36,788 bases of DNA from Octopus sinensis (GCF_006345805.1 NW_021836864.1:1-36788); one strand, 5' to 3'. Shown: positions 1 to 13,024, numbered from the stretch's first letter. Notes: a model not told the origin generated them from the letters alone. Numbers and translations: made by a program.

Positions 1-237
1 TACAATAAGTTGATGACACCTTCATACTCTGGCTCCACCAGGAAGATGTCCAAGTGCTGTTAGATCATGTGAACTCAATAAAGCCATCCACACACTCCAC
101 AATAGAAAAAGAAAAAGACAATCAGCTAGCATTCCTGGACGTATTAATAACACGCACCAAGTATGAATTCAGGACATCCGTATACCGCAAGCCGACCTTC
201 ACTGGACGATACCTCAACTTCAATTCCCATCAAGTGA

Positions 238-242
<5 letters not shown>
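1..242 (+). pseudogene. Penelope-like retroelement reverse transcriptase fragment (catalytic motif to thumb)
   Basis: Frame 3 reads *VDDTFILW...QLAFLDVLITR...TSVYRKPTFTGRYLNFNSH. YVDD (Tyr codon now TAA at 6-8), FLDV and VYRKPT..RYLNF.SH are PLE RT motifs. Confidence 0.85.

Positions 243-312
<70 letters not shown>
242..312. repeat. (AAT)n microsatellite
   Basis: Direct reading. Confidence 0.97.
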
Positions 313-346
313 TATCTTAGAGAACTCAGGTTCGAAATTTCTCCAA

Positions 347-392
347 GACACCTGATGAAAGCTGGAGGGTATATCAGCCGAAACGTTGTGTT
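347..392 (+). ncRNA. Minimal type I hammerhead ribozyme motif (PLE pLTR type)
   Basis: GACAC-CTGATGA-AA-GCTGG/agggtata/TCAGC-C-GAAACGTT-GTGTT. Stem I GACAC/GTGTT, stem II GCTGG/TCAGC, palindromic ACGT stem III, GUU triplet. Same strand as the upstream PLE RT. Confidence 0.65.
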
Positions 393-574
393 AACAACAA
401 ACACGGTTTGTTCGATTCAAGCTATCCAAGGAGATGCCCCAGTATGGCTGCAATCCAATGACTGAAACAAGTAAAAGATGAAAGATAAAAAAATAAGATG
501 GTTACAGATCTGCTCAAACAAGAAATAATACTTATTTGTACTTTGGGAAGTTTTTTTTTCGGGTAGGGGCTTGT

Positions 575-750
575 AGGGGACTAGTTGATTACATCGACCC
601 CAGTGCGTAATTGTTACTTATGTCATCGACTCTGAGAGGATGAAAAACAAAGAGAATCGCGGCGGAATTTGAACTCAGAACGTAGAGGCAGAAGAAATCC
701 CGCTAAGAAGTTCGCCCGGTGTGCTACCAACTCTGCTAGCACACTACCTT
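575..750 (-). mobile_element. SINE family C, decayed copy
   Basis: Matches the core ...GGCGGAATTTGAACTCAGAACG that recurs at 10307-10495, 15951-16172 and 34588-36000. Confidence 0.8.
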
Positions 751-1820
751 GTCAAGGGAGCACTAATAATAGAAATAAAGGTTTGCAAGAGTAATGTTTT
801 TTTTTTACCAGTCACAGAAGCCTTATATGTTAAAGAAGCGAAAGTGAGGATGTGGTATTCATGCCTTTCCGTAAAGGCGTTCTAAATGAAATTGAAATAG
901 GGCATTGAAACTACCTCACGATCTGACCTAACCTTTTGCTTTGAGGCTTTCAGTAGATTCGGACATGAATGTCGATTTTAATCACTAGTAATCGAAGTAT
1001 CAAATCGATGAAGTCAGTCGGTAAATTACACCGAAATAGACTTCACGTAAAATAAAGTTGGTTTGGTGTAAATGGCGAAGAAATGTCTTGAGCTTGCATA
1101 TTATGATTAGTTGTAAAAACAAAAAAACATCATCATCGCTATTTATTGATTTTAAAATGGCGGAAATGCAATTTTGCGGTTCTATAGAATATAATTTCGT
1201 ATCAAGTAGATATGAAGAGATTTTAATAACCTAGTCATCACTTCTTTCTCTCCGCTTCGTTTTAACTCTATTTCTCTTTATACTTGTCTCTCCTGATTTC
1301 TTCTCTTTCCGATTTGCCTTCACATTTTAACAGAAATGAGTTTGGCCAAGCGGCGGAAATCAATTATCGATCTTTTTAAAGTTTTGTTTGTCGGTTTTAT
1401 TTCCCATTTTTTGGTTCGGTTTTGTATTTACGGAAGTCATAGTGGAATACTCAATAAGACAGATAGCATACAAACGATAGAAGTGCCTTGAATCATCTGG
1501 AGTGTTATATATTTGAGTTGAACCAAACTTCTTCAGATTTCATGGCCATCTTTGAGAAAAACATTGGGAAATGTTATAATTAGATTTTCTTGGTGTGTAA
1601 AGTTAGCTAACCAATGATTGAGTATTTTTAATTTTGATCTACTAATAGCAAACTAAACTAAAAAAACAAAGAAACCAAAAAATCTCAAAACAACTCAATT
1701 TTCAATTCTCTTCGAAAGAAGAGGCTATGCGTTTTCCAAAGAGAGAATATCTTGGTTTTCCAGTAAAACAACAACAACAACGACGATGACGACGACGACG
1801 GCAACAACAGTAACAAGAGT

Positions 1821-2009
1821 GGAGGCGCAAAGGCCCAGTGGTTAGGGCAGCGGACTCGTGGTCGTAAGAACGTGGTTTCGATTCCCAGACCAGGCATTGT
1901 GAGTGTTTATTGAGCCAAAAACACCTAAGCTCTACGAGGCTCCGGCGGTGTGGGGGTGGGGGTTAACCCCGCTGTACTCTTTCATCACAACTTTCTCTTA
2001 CTCTTTCTT
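1821..2009 (+). mobile_element. tRNA-derived SINE family A, 5' portion
   Basis: tRNA-like head GGAGGCGCAAAGGCCCAGTGGTTAGGGCAGCGGACTCG...GGTTTCGATTCCC (A/B boxes), followed by a body shared with other copies in the window. Confidence 0.85.
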
Positions 2010-2299
2010 CATACTTCTGCCACAAAGCAGCGGAATCATGGTGTAACCCACTATGGTGTGGTAAACTTTCAGACCCTAGTCTAGATTGCGAATCTTCTGT
2101 ACCCCAGGATGGTTCAGCTCTCCACCCGTTAAAAGCCACCGTTTACGGAATGAGAATAACAACGTAGCTTTAGCGCCCGTGCAACCGCCAGTCTATCGCG
2201 TGTGGTGGGTGGATCTTCAAGTTGCCACTCGCATTCTTAGTAGCTTAGAGTAGGCTCGAATTAGAGATTATTCTTTGTGCTAATGCGTGAGTCCTGATT

Positions 2300-2385
2300 G
2301 GAAGAAGAGGAAGAAGAATAGAAGAAGAAGAGAAGACGAAGAAGAAGAAGAAGAAGAAGAAGAAGAAGAAGAAGAAGAAGAAGAA
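2300..2385. repeat. (GAA)n microsatellite
   Basis: Direct reading. Confidence 0.95.
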
Positions 2386-2789
2386 CAGTAACGAGGATCT
2401 TAACTTTTAGAACTCTGAGAAAACGAATATTCAATATACAAGAATATTGCTAATGTAAAAAACTAAAATTTCTCTTAGGATTTAAAACTTGGCATCATCT
2501 TGAAATTTCTCTAAATAACATCGAGACATTCAGAGACTACCAAATACCAAAGCTTTACCAATATAGAATCGGTTAATATTTAGTATAATGATTTCTAACA
2601 CAGAAACACAACAATCGGGAATGATATTGTCCATTAAGACAATTCCAGTGTATGCCTGGCATTTACTAAACCAACCCCAGCATATATCTGGTATTTGTTT
2701 TAACGAGCTAGGAAAGAGGAGAAATAAACTTACCTTTGGCAAGATTCGAACAAAGCACTAAAGGACGAAATGAAATATTCTTTTTTTAC

Positions 2790-2920
2790 TCTAGGCACGA
2801 GGCCTGAAATTTTTGGGGAGGGGGCCTGTCGATTAGGTCGACCTCAGTACGCAACTGGTACACTGGTACTTAATTTATCGACCCCGAAATGATGAAAGGC
2901 AAAGTGGACCTCGGCGGAAT
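2790..2920 (-). mobile_element. SINE family C, 3' fragment
   Basis: ATCGACCCCGAAATGATGAAAGGCAAAGTGGACCTCGGCGGAATT core. Confidence 0.8.
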
Positions 2921-3136
2921 TCTAATGTTGAATCTGTAGATTCTAATGTTGGATAGATTGGACGAGAACCAACAATCCAAAGCTGTTGCCCCCCTTGGTT
3001 TACCATTGGTGATGTGCATCTCGCCATAGCATCGGCAGTAAACGAGACTATCACTAACGGTGTTTACGGGGAGGTAGTATCTCAGTTTGCCATACATTGT
3101 AATTTATGGGGTGAATTATTATGTGTTTGTGGCATA

Positions 3137-3216
3137 TATCTGTCTGTCCTCTCTGCTCTTTTTCTGTCTGCCTGCCTGCTTGTCTGTCTGTCTGTTTGTC
3201 TGCCTGTCTGTCTGTC

Positions 3217-3257
<41 letters not shown>

Positions 3258-3268
3258 TCTATTATCTA

Positions 3269-3301
<33 letters not shown>

Positions 3302-3365
3302 TGTCTATCTATCTATCTATCTATTATGTCTGTCGTTGTCTGCCTGTCTGCTGCCTGCCTGTCTG

Positions 3366-3397
<32 letters not shown>

Positions 3398-3455
3398 CTA
3401 TCTATCTATCTATCTATTGTCTGTCTATCTGTCTGTCTGTCTGTCTGTCTGCCTG

Positions 3456-3511
<56 letters not shown>

Positions 3512-3545
3512 GCTAGCTAGCTAGCTAGCTAGATAGCTATCTATC
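3137..3545. repeat. Compound (TCTG)n/(TCTA)n/(GCTA)n microsatellite
   Basis: Direct reading. Explains the LSVC/LSIY ORFs. Confidence 0.97.
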
Positions 3546-3600
3546 TTACATATACACATACGCACGCACACACACAAATATATATTCATGTATATATATA

Positions 3601-3962
3601 CTACGGCGCTCCGTCGTTTACGACGACGAGGGTTCCAGTTGATCCGATCAACGGAACAGCCTGCTCGTGAAATTAACGTGCAAGTGGTTGAGCACTCCAC
3701 AGACACGTGTACCCTTAACATAGTTCTTGGGGAGATTCAATGTGACACAGAGTGTGACAAGGCTGGTCCTTTGAAATACATGTACAACAGAAACAGGAAG
3801 AAAGAGTGAGAGAAAGTTGTGGTGAAAGAGTACAGCAGGGTTCGCCCCCCCCCTGCTCGTGAAGCTTTAGGTGTTTTCGTTCAATAAATACCCACAACGC
3901 CCGATCTGGGAATCGAAACTGATCCTATGACCACGAGTCAGTCCGCTGCCCTAACCACTGAG
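3601..3962 (-). mobile_element. SINE family A
   Basis: Reverse complement of the 1821 head (CCCTAACCACTG, GGGAATCGAAAC). Body shared with 36010-36333. Confidence 0.85.
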
Positions 3963-4035
3963 TCTTCCGCTTCAGGATATTATGGTATATATATCTATAT
4001 ATATATATATATAGATGTATATATCTATATATATA

Positions 4036-4099
<64 letters not shown>

Positions 4100-4100
<1 letters not shown>

Positions 4101-4617
4101 GGTTTCCTTGGCGTATAGGTTCCCCACCTGGACGGGACGCCGGTCTGTCGCAGGTAAGCTGCAAGATGCAGGAGGAAAAAGTGAGAGAAAGTTGTGGCGA
4201 AAGAGTCAGCAGAAGTTCGCATTTATGTTCTGCCGGAGCTTAGGTGTTTCGCTCATGAACACACACATCGCCCGGTCGGTGATTCGAGTCCGCCGCTCTA
4301 ACCTCTAGGCCATGTGCCTCCATATATATATTTTTTTTTCCCGACCAGTCCATCAGATGTAGTTACACATCGCTGGTCACAATGCGTTCGCATTGTTTTA
4401 CCCTTCGAATGACGCCACCCCGCTGGTTAAGCGAGCAGGCCAACAGAGGAAATAGTGGTGAAAGAGTACAGCAGGGATCACCAACCCCTGCCGGAGCCTC
4501 GTGGAGCTTATAGGTGTTTTCGCTCAATAAACACACACAATGCCCGGTCTGGGAATCGAAACCGCGATCCTACGACCGCGAGTCCGTTGCCTTAACCACT
4601 GAGCAATTGCGCCTCCA
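4100..4617 (-). mobile_element. Two adjacent SINE family A copies (about 4100-4322 and 4341-4617)
   Basis: Both end in the reverse-complemented tRNA-like head. 4341-4617 matches 23000-23300. Confidence 0.8.
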
Positions 4618-4649
4618 TTATATATATAATAATATATATATATTATATA

Positions 4650-4689
<40 letters not shown>

Positions 4690-4691
4690 TA

Positions 4692-4722
<31 letters not shown>

Positions 4723-4735
4723 TATATTATATATA

Positions 4736-4786
<51 letters not shown>

Positions 4787-5004
4787 CTATATATATATAT
4801 TATATATATATTATATTCATTTAGAGATAGGCCCCTTCATCTCACCATATAAAAAGAATTTTATTTAAATACCTACTATTTTATAACGTGGCTACACGTG
4901 TTTCATGAGGTACATATATATATATATGTATGTATGTATATGTTTTATACTAGTTAGACAGATAGAGAAACCATATAGTTATAAGGTTATATATAGTTAT
5001 ATAT

Positions 5005-5048
<44 letters not shown>

Positions 5049-5841
5049 ACACACACACAGTGATATTAAAACAAATTTAATCACGTATATTGTGGTTGCA
5101 TCATTAGCAAGATAAATGCAATTCACCCTAAAACCCTAGAATCAAAAAGAGAGCCATTAGACAGCCATTAGACAGAAATTCACTGATTACTTTTCAAGTG
5201 GTTTCTTTATCCGCCATTGCACTTTTCCGAAGAAAACAAAAACTGTCATTTTCCGTTAGTTTCGATCAGGTTTTTCACTCCACCCCACACTCTCAACTTT
5301 TTGACTTCGATCCATTTGCTTACTTGCTAAACCTGTGCTAGCTGTTCATTGGGAACATATCGATAATCACTACAAAGCGAGCGCTTTTAGCCTTGTTCTG
5401 ATCACGTGATTTTATTCCTGTAAAATAATGTCGTATAATGCCTTCATCCTCAAATCTCCCCTCCTTCTCTCCCGGCCGCCATGTCTTTTTCTTTCTTTCC
5501 CGTACACTTTTAGTCTTATCGATCCGTTATTTCGAAATAAAATAAAAAGTAAAATAATGTAGACTAAAATAAAATATATAATAACATATAGATTAATCGA
5601 TTCCAAAACTCTGACCAGAAAATATCCAATATGATCCACGTATTTTCCTTAAATGCACGGATGTATTTTTTTAACCTTTTCCCCTTGAATACTTCCCCCC
5701 CTCCTTCTCTCTGTTCAATGTTCATCTCTCGCGTATGGCAGACGATAGATAATCCCCAAAAGCAAAAGATTTTACATTTTATTCACCGGTACAAGCGCAC
5801 AGCACTCCGCTTTGAAATTTTTAGTATTATTACTATAAAAC

Positions 5842-6156
5842 CTCTTCTTCTTCTTCTTCTTCTTCGCTGCCACCTCCACCACCTCCACCACCACCACCAC
5901 CACCACCATCACCACCGCCACCACCACCACCGCCGCCACCACCACCGCCACCGCCACCGCTGTCGCCGCCACCACCACCATTGAGATCATCATCATCATC
6001 ATCATTGTTGTTGTTGTTATTGTTATTAATATTATTGTTATTGTTGTTGGTATTAGTATTATTATTATCACTATATTGTTTGTTATTATTATTATAATTA
6101 TTATTATTATTGTTATTATTATTGCTATTTTATTATCATTATTATTATTATTGCTA

Positions 6157-6228
<72 letters not shown>

Positions 6229-6243
6229 GTTGTCGTTGTTGTT
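5842..6243. repeat. Compound trinucleotide tract (CTT/CAC/CAT/TAT/TGT)
   Basis: Direct reading. Source of the poly-His/Cys/Gln/Val pseudo-ORFs. Confidence 0.95.
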
Positions 6244-6864
6244 AAGAAAATACAGGAACCGATCAAGAAAGTAAATCTAAAAAAAAACAACAACGAACAA
6301 CGATAACAATAATAGAAAAAAATTCCTAAAAAAATATGAACAAAACCAGGCCAACAAAAAAAAAACACCCCTACCATAAAGCACACCCCCCAAAAAAACA
6401 AAAACAAAATACGAAGCAACAGCCAACAAATAATTAAAGAAATGCAAGCTCTTCTGAGATGTTATCTGGAATGAAATAAAAATGCTGATGTCAGGCAATT
6501 CGATTCGTTAGAAGTTAAGTTTTTCTCTGGAAGAAACTTAGTCTGGATTTAGAAATGGTTTTTAAAGAGTTTCTTTGCATAAATATTTTAAAAGTGGAGA
6601 TTGCATAAGATCTGTGCCATTTTATAGAGACAGATCGAGCATTAGGATATACATACGTGCGTATTCATGCGTACAGGCACACTTGTATGCATACATTATA
6701 TATATGCGTATACTCATGCATATACGCATGCATATATAGGCATACAAACATTCATAGCTACATATATACATGTATATATGTACACACATACACATATACC
6801 TGATAATAGGCATACATGAACGTATACTACACGTGTGTCCGCGTGAGTGTGTGTCTATACATAC

Positions 6865-6962
<98 letters not shown>

Positions 6963-6963
6963 T

Positions 6964-7190
6964 CAGTAATCCCTCGCTATACCGCGGTTCACTTATAGCG
7001 GTTCACCTATCGCGGTTTATTGTTTAGGCGTACGTCGATTCCTCTGCGATGTTGTGTTTATAATAAAATAAATAAATAAAAATTATTAAATAATAAAAAA
7101 ATATACAGTACAGTATTGTTTCTACTTCGCGGATTTTCACATATCGCGGGGTTCTGGAACGTAACATCCGCGATAGTTGAGCGATTAGTG
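6964..7190. mobile_element. pogo/Tigger-like MITE (non-autonomous DNA transposon)
   Basis: Imperfect TIRs CAGTAATCCCTCGCTATACCGCGG ... CCGCGATAGTTGAGCGATTAGTG followed by TA, internal TCGCGG subrepeats, inserted in TA-rich DNA. Confidence 0.7.
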
Positions 7191-7423
7191 TATACATATA
7201 TATTTATACATAGGGATATGTATAAACATACATTAGCTGATACAGCACGTAATGTATAAATGCTAATATACGACTCACACACACACACACATACACACAC
7301 ATAACAAATTAGATATATATGTGTGTGTGTGTGTGTATAAGTAATCCTCCATTATGGTCTTTATTGTTATTGCTAATAAAATGGAAGAACTAATGACCAC
7401 ATGTATATGTATGCCATTGGTTA

Positions 7424-8140
7424 GTTTTATTTCAATATTTCTTGCCAATAGAGGAAGAGCCGGTTTCTAACCTTGATCCAAGGTCCCTTTATTGGAATTT
7501 CAACATCAACAACAGGGTATTTTTGTTGGTATGTATGTATCTGTGCGGATTTGTATGTTTATTTTATGTATGTATTCTCATGCTTATACTTGCGTATCTA
7601 GACATACTCATATATATTTAAATGATAAACTTCTGGAAAGTTTTACAGGCTTTTACAGTTCCAGTGATGGATTGGATCTGTAGTCTTCGAATTAATTTTC
7701 TCTTTTCTGGTTTTGAGAAGCCTAATTTCTCAAGATTGGTATTTAGGCTGTGTGTTACATATCTCAGCGTTCCAATAATTACAGTTATAAACCTGAACTT
7801 GTAATCTGGATAGAGTAACTGCAGACTTCTCAATAGTCCAGCGTAGGTGTTCTCTTATTCACTGATCTTCAGCTTCATGTTAACAACCGCTGGGCAGTTA
7901 ATTTCCACAACTGTGTACAGTTCCTCTTTTCTATCCCAAATCCTTATACCAGGTCTATTGTGTTCATATTTTATTGAGGTTTTCACTAGAACATTCCACC
8001 AGGACTCATTTTCATTATGAGTGGCTATGGCTTCTACCATTCTCTGGGTTCTTATTTCTTTGTCCTCGGGGTTATTCTTTCCACGAATCTCGTTATACAG
8101 TGTCCTAGCTACAACATCATGTCTCATCGGTATATACACC
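7424..8140 (-). mobile_element. 3' end of an RLE-type non-LTR retrotransposon (R4/Dong-like), decayed
   Basis: RHDVVAR...WWNVLVKT...HNRPGIRIWDR...VVEINCP...KISE*ENTY..L...IIGTL...KTFQKFII. This is RHD plus a PD-(D/E)xK restriction-like endonuclease with one in-frame stop, then a 3' UTR. Confidence 0.8.
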
Positions 8141-8599
8141 TTTATTACAGCTGCAAACTTATCATCAAACTGTTACTCAGAGTTTCCCTTTCTCGTTCGT
8201 CGGATATTTGTGATGAATATTCATCACGAATGTCCGACTAACGGGAAAGGAAAACTCCAAAACTTAAATTGTTGAGTCGATGTGCACTCTCAGTAATAAA
8301 ATACCTTAGATGAACTAAAATTGTTCATCCCAGACTTATGCGCTTTAATCTGGGTAGCAAGGAATTCTAAGGTAGAGCTGAGCCGCAGAAGGGCTTCATA
8401 AAAGAAGCCCAACCCTTACGGAAGTGTTTCTGCCCTTAAAATTCTTACACCTTATCGGCCGCATCTTGATCATGACTCACGGATACCTCATATGCTGTCC
8501 TTATTTTGTGTAACAGTTTGCCTTTTGGCTTACACCTTCCTGGATGTCAGATATGCCAGAGTCAAGAGGCCCTGGATGTTACATTGCGTGTAATGTAAG

Positions 8600-10260
8600 A
8601 TATAACTTTTGAAGTTTTCTTTGATTCCTCATTGAACGCTTTTCAGATACTTTTACCATTGCTCTTAGGGCTCTGACCTCTTTTCCCAGGAACTAACGAT
8701 TGTTTCATGAAATCACAGGCAGATATCCCTTAAGCCCCACTTCTATGGTGATGACTCTGCTTTGGAAGTCAGATTCTCTCAGTTAGATGGCTAAGCTAAA
8801 ATACTTTTCCATCTTGTAGATGTGGTCTTTCTCCTTTATGCTTTTATATAGCAGAGTGGCTCAAGTATCAGAGTTATTTGCTTTGAGGAGAATGAGTAAA
8901 GTATAATATCCAGACTTATATCACCCTTGTTGATGATTTGTGGGTGACTTTTTCCACTCCAGAGGATCTTCTGTATACTCCTGGTCTTCTACTTCATCCA
9001 GTTGAGCCCGCTTCTGTGATTCAGTCGTCACAGCTGTTCCAGACCACCATTTTTTGCTACCTGTCATGTGAAATATTGGTAGAACTTCTGGCGACGAAGT
9101 CTTCCCTCTCACATGTAAAACATCCCTTTAAGCATTTGATTGTGCGTCCATGTGTATGCATTTCCCTTGGGCTTAAGTCACTTTAAATAAGTTCAGGACA
9201 TGCATCGCTGTTTGTTTACCTTGATATAACGGGCATTGGTAGGGTTAACTAATTTTCCATACCTCACCAAACTTGTATTCAAAGGCAGGAGGTTATTTAT
9301 AGATCTGAGGACGAAATTGTCTCTACGAGAAGTTATATATCTTATTTCATTGCGACTGAGGCTTCTTTGGAGTGCAGTCTCCCGAGTTATTCATTGTCCT
9401 TGTTGACCCTATTGGCGCCCTCCTTCCCCATCACTTCCTGTATTATCATGTTCCTTGTTTCCCTTTAGCTGTGGACCACCACTCTATTGAGCCGCTCTCT
9501 GCCCATTGGTCTTCGTGCATCTTGTTATTTCCCTTACCTTTAGACTTCGCTTTGCTGCAATCACCGCCTCTTGAAACTTCTACTTACTGCCAGTTCTTAG
9601 ATTGGATTGGATTAATCTCACGACCTTATCGTCTAAGTCCTCAAGCAAACACAGAGCCTTGCTTTTCCAGTCTTGTACTCCTCCGCGATGGACTTTAGGG
9701 GTAGCTTTAGCCCTGCCTCGTAACTATAAAGAGCGACATCAGTGAGGTCAGGTGAGACACCAAGAAATCTCTTGATGTATTTATTAATCTCGCACTCCAC
9801 AATTCCTATCCGTGTTAGTACTGATATCATACATCAGCAAAGGCCAGAGGAGTTTAGGTATCAGAATGACCTTCAGGCACCAAGCTTTATATTTGCCAGA
9901 GATGCTATATGGCTTGCATGCTCTTTTCTGTAATTTGCTTAGCTTCATTTCCCTTCTTTGTAGCACCCAAGGATTGCCTTACCACGTTTCAAGGCTCTTG
10001 ACTGCTTCTTCTGCCACTGTTGGGATGGGTTGGTTGCCAATAGTCAACACAATCTTATCCACTATTTTCTTCTTCTGTTGTAAGAGGCACCGTGACTCCT
10101 TTGGCTTGAAGCTCATTCTAGACAAGAAGACTTATCTAACTGCGCGTTTTATTCAATGGAAAGTACTGTTGCGTCATCCATAAAGGCCCTTAAAGAGGGC
10201 ATTCGTCAAGTTACGACAAAAACAGCCTAGCATTCAGTGTAAAGGCCATAGTGTTGCACA
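8600..10260 (-). mobile_element. Hero-like (R2 superfamily) non-LTR retrotransposon, 5'-truncated and frameshifted
   Basis: LRAFMDD at about 10172-10195; KAWCLKVILIPKLLWPLLMYDI; INKYIKRFLG...ALY...LKLPLKSIAEEYKTGKARL; degenerate CCHC/WxHN region at about 9140-9320; RLE residues DIILYS...KY..L...IEVGLKGY at about 8720-8920. Confidence 0.85.
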
Positions 10261-10306
10261 ATCTGAAGTTACCTTTCTGCCAGTTCTTTGATCTCACACT
10301 GATACC

Positions 10307-10498
10307 TATTTCTTTATTACCCACAAGGGGCTAAACATAGAGGGGACAAACAAGGACAGACAGACATAGGTATTAAGTCGATTACATCGACCCCAGTGCG
10401 TAACTGGTACTTTAATTTATCGACCCCGAAAGGATGAAAGGCAAAGTCGACCTCGGCGGAATTTGAACTCAGAACGTAACGGCAGACGAAATACCGGT
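10307..10498 (-). mobile_element. SINE family C segment flanked by a 15-bp direct repeat
   Basis: Well-preserved core. TCTCACACTGATACC occurs at 10292-10306 and 10499-10513. Confidence 0.8.
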
Positions 10499-11029
10499 TC
10501 TCACACTGATACCGGTTCTTGTCACTGAAGCTTCCACCCCCTCTAGTTTGATGAAGTTTGGCGGGCGCAGAAAGTGAACCATAGATCGGAACAAGTAATA
10601 AACCGTGGGAGTTAGGTCCGGACTATATGCTAGGTGTGGTGCCACTTCGATTTATTCAACTTCGTGGTGTTTATTCCGGGTTCTTCGAGAACTAATGAAG
10701 TCTGGTGTTGTCTTGCTGCAGAAGTTTCCATACTATTTATTACCGTTTTCTGTTTTTTTCTTTTATGGTAAGATTATTGGTTTGTGTTGCTTCGAATGAT
10801 TCAGGTACCTTGATTAATATTACATTCGATGTCTAATTAGATTTTTGTTGCTCATTAACGTTAAGTATACTGACTGGCTCTGCCTTAACTATCAGATAAT
10901 CCGTTTTACTTGTTCATTAAAGTGTTTTGGACCAGAATCAAGTTGTCTGTGTGTTTCATGTTCCAGAGATATTTAAGATTTTACATAAAACTGCGACGCA
11001 GAGATTACTTGAATTTTTTATCTTTCATC

Positions 11030-11873
11030 TTTTACTGGTTTCAGTCATTTGACTGCGGCCATGCTGGGGCACTGCCTTGAAGAATTTTAGTCGAACGAAC
11101 CGCCCCTAATACTTAGTTTTTCTTTTAAAAACTATTTTATCGAAATCTTTTGCCAAACCGCTAAGTTACGGGGACGTAAACACACCAACACTGGTTGTCA
11201 AACGGTGGTGATGGACAAACACAGACACAAAGATACGACACACTCACACACATACGACGGGCTTCTTTCAGTTTCCATCAACTAAATCTACTCACAAGGT
11301 TTTGGTGACCAAAACTTTGTGAGTAGATTTGGTCGACTCGAGATTATAGTAGAAGACACTTGCCAAGGAGCAACGAAACGGGACTGAACCCGGAACCATA
11401 TGGTTGGGAAGCAAACTTCTTACTACACCGCCACACTATATGCTTCCTATATTAAGCTTTAACTCTACTCCTTTACTCTTTTACTTGTTTCAGTCATTTG
11501 ACAGCGGCCATGCTGGTGCACCGCCTTTAGTCGAGCAGATCAACACCCCAGGACTTATTCTTTGTAAGCTTAGTATTTATTCTATCGGTCTCTTTTGCCG
11601 GATCGCTAAGTTACGGCAACGTAAACACACCAGCATCGGTTGTCAAGCGATGTTGGGACACACACACACACACCACACACACACACACACACCACACACA
11701 CACACACATACGACGGGCTTCATTCAGTTTCCGTCTACCAAATCCACTCACAAGGCTTTGGTCGGCACGAGGCTATAGCAGAAGACACTTGCCCAAGGTG
11801 CCACGCAGTGGGACTGAACCTGGAACCATGTGGTTGGTAAGGAAGCTACTTACCAAACAACCACTCTTGCGCC

Positions 11874-11907
<34 letters not shown>

Positions 11908-12085
11908 ATATATATATATTACATATATACGATGGGCTTCTTTCAGTTTCCGTGTACCAATCCACTCACAAGGGCTTTGGTCGGCGCGTGGCTAGAGCTG
12001 AAGACACTTGCCCAAGGTGCCATGCAGTGGGACTGAACCCGGAACCATGTGGTTGGTAAGCAAGCTACTTACCACACAGCCACTT
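11030..12085 (-). mobile_element. Cluster of three SINE family B copies (about 11030-11435, 11480-11875, 11925-12085)
   Basis: Recurrent GAAGACACTTGCCCAAGGTGCCACGCAGTGGGACTGAACC, the reverse complement of the head seen at 15611, with central (CA)n. Confidence 0.85.
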
Positions 12086-12599
12086 CTACTATATCCAGTT
12101 AATAATATCTTTATTGTGGTGGTTAGGACGAAGAAACTAATTTTAACTGTTTTGATTTTTTGTTTATTTATAGTTAAATTATATCCAATTTAAAATAAAC
12201 GAAATTTTAAAAAGTTTCTACTAATGTTTAGTCTTGATTAAATTTATAGTTTTTCCGGATTGAGATTCTTCTTTTCTTTCGGATTATTTCAAACTTTATT
12301 ATTGCATCCGAGAGTAAACACATCGTTACTTAGTTACCGAGCAACACATGGAGAGTGAGTTTAGCGTGTTGTTTGAATGATTTACTTGTTTACAGTATAA
12401 ACATGAGCGTGTATGTCTGTGCGTGTGTGGATGTATATATGCATGTACACATACACACAGTTTAATTATATTTATGGTTACGTAACATCTTTACAGATGT
12501 TTTGGTGCCATATATAACTGCTTGTCCATCATTTATGCATATCTATCTATCTATCTATCTATATAATAAATATATAATTATATATACACATATATATGT

Positions 12600-12630
<31 letters not shown>

Positions 12631-12693
12631 CATATATGTATATACATACATATATATGTATATATATATATGTATATATACATATATATTATA

Positions 12694-12751
<58 letters not shown>

Positions 12752-12974
12752 CATATATATATATATACATATATGCATACACACATATCTATGTATATAA
12801 ATTGTTATTAATCCAAATAAGTGAAGGGGAAAAAAGAAGTTGAAAATGCGCAGAGAATGTATTAGAATTAATTAGAAGTTAATTATATTTTAAGACATAG
12901 GAATACACTTCGTGGATTTTGGGAAGTCTGTAGGAGGAACTGGTTTCGCTTATAAATTTGGTTAGATAATGTGT

Positions 12975-13024
<50 letters not shown>

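Noticed and set aside
1821-1895. tRNA gene
   Set aside because: tRNA-like head continues into a multi-copy SINE body. Same for 15611, 16660-16730 and 34588.
3014-3520. Long LSVC/LSIY ORFs (also the YI-, HT- and IYLS-rich ORFs throughout)
   Set aside because: Translations of stop-free microsatellites.
5631-6419. Poly-His, poly-Cys and poly-Gln ORFs
   Set aside because: Compound trinucleotide tract with no flanking protein-like sequence or splice support.
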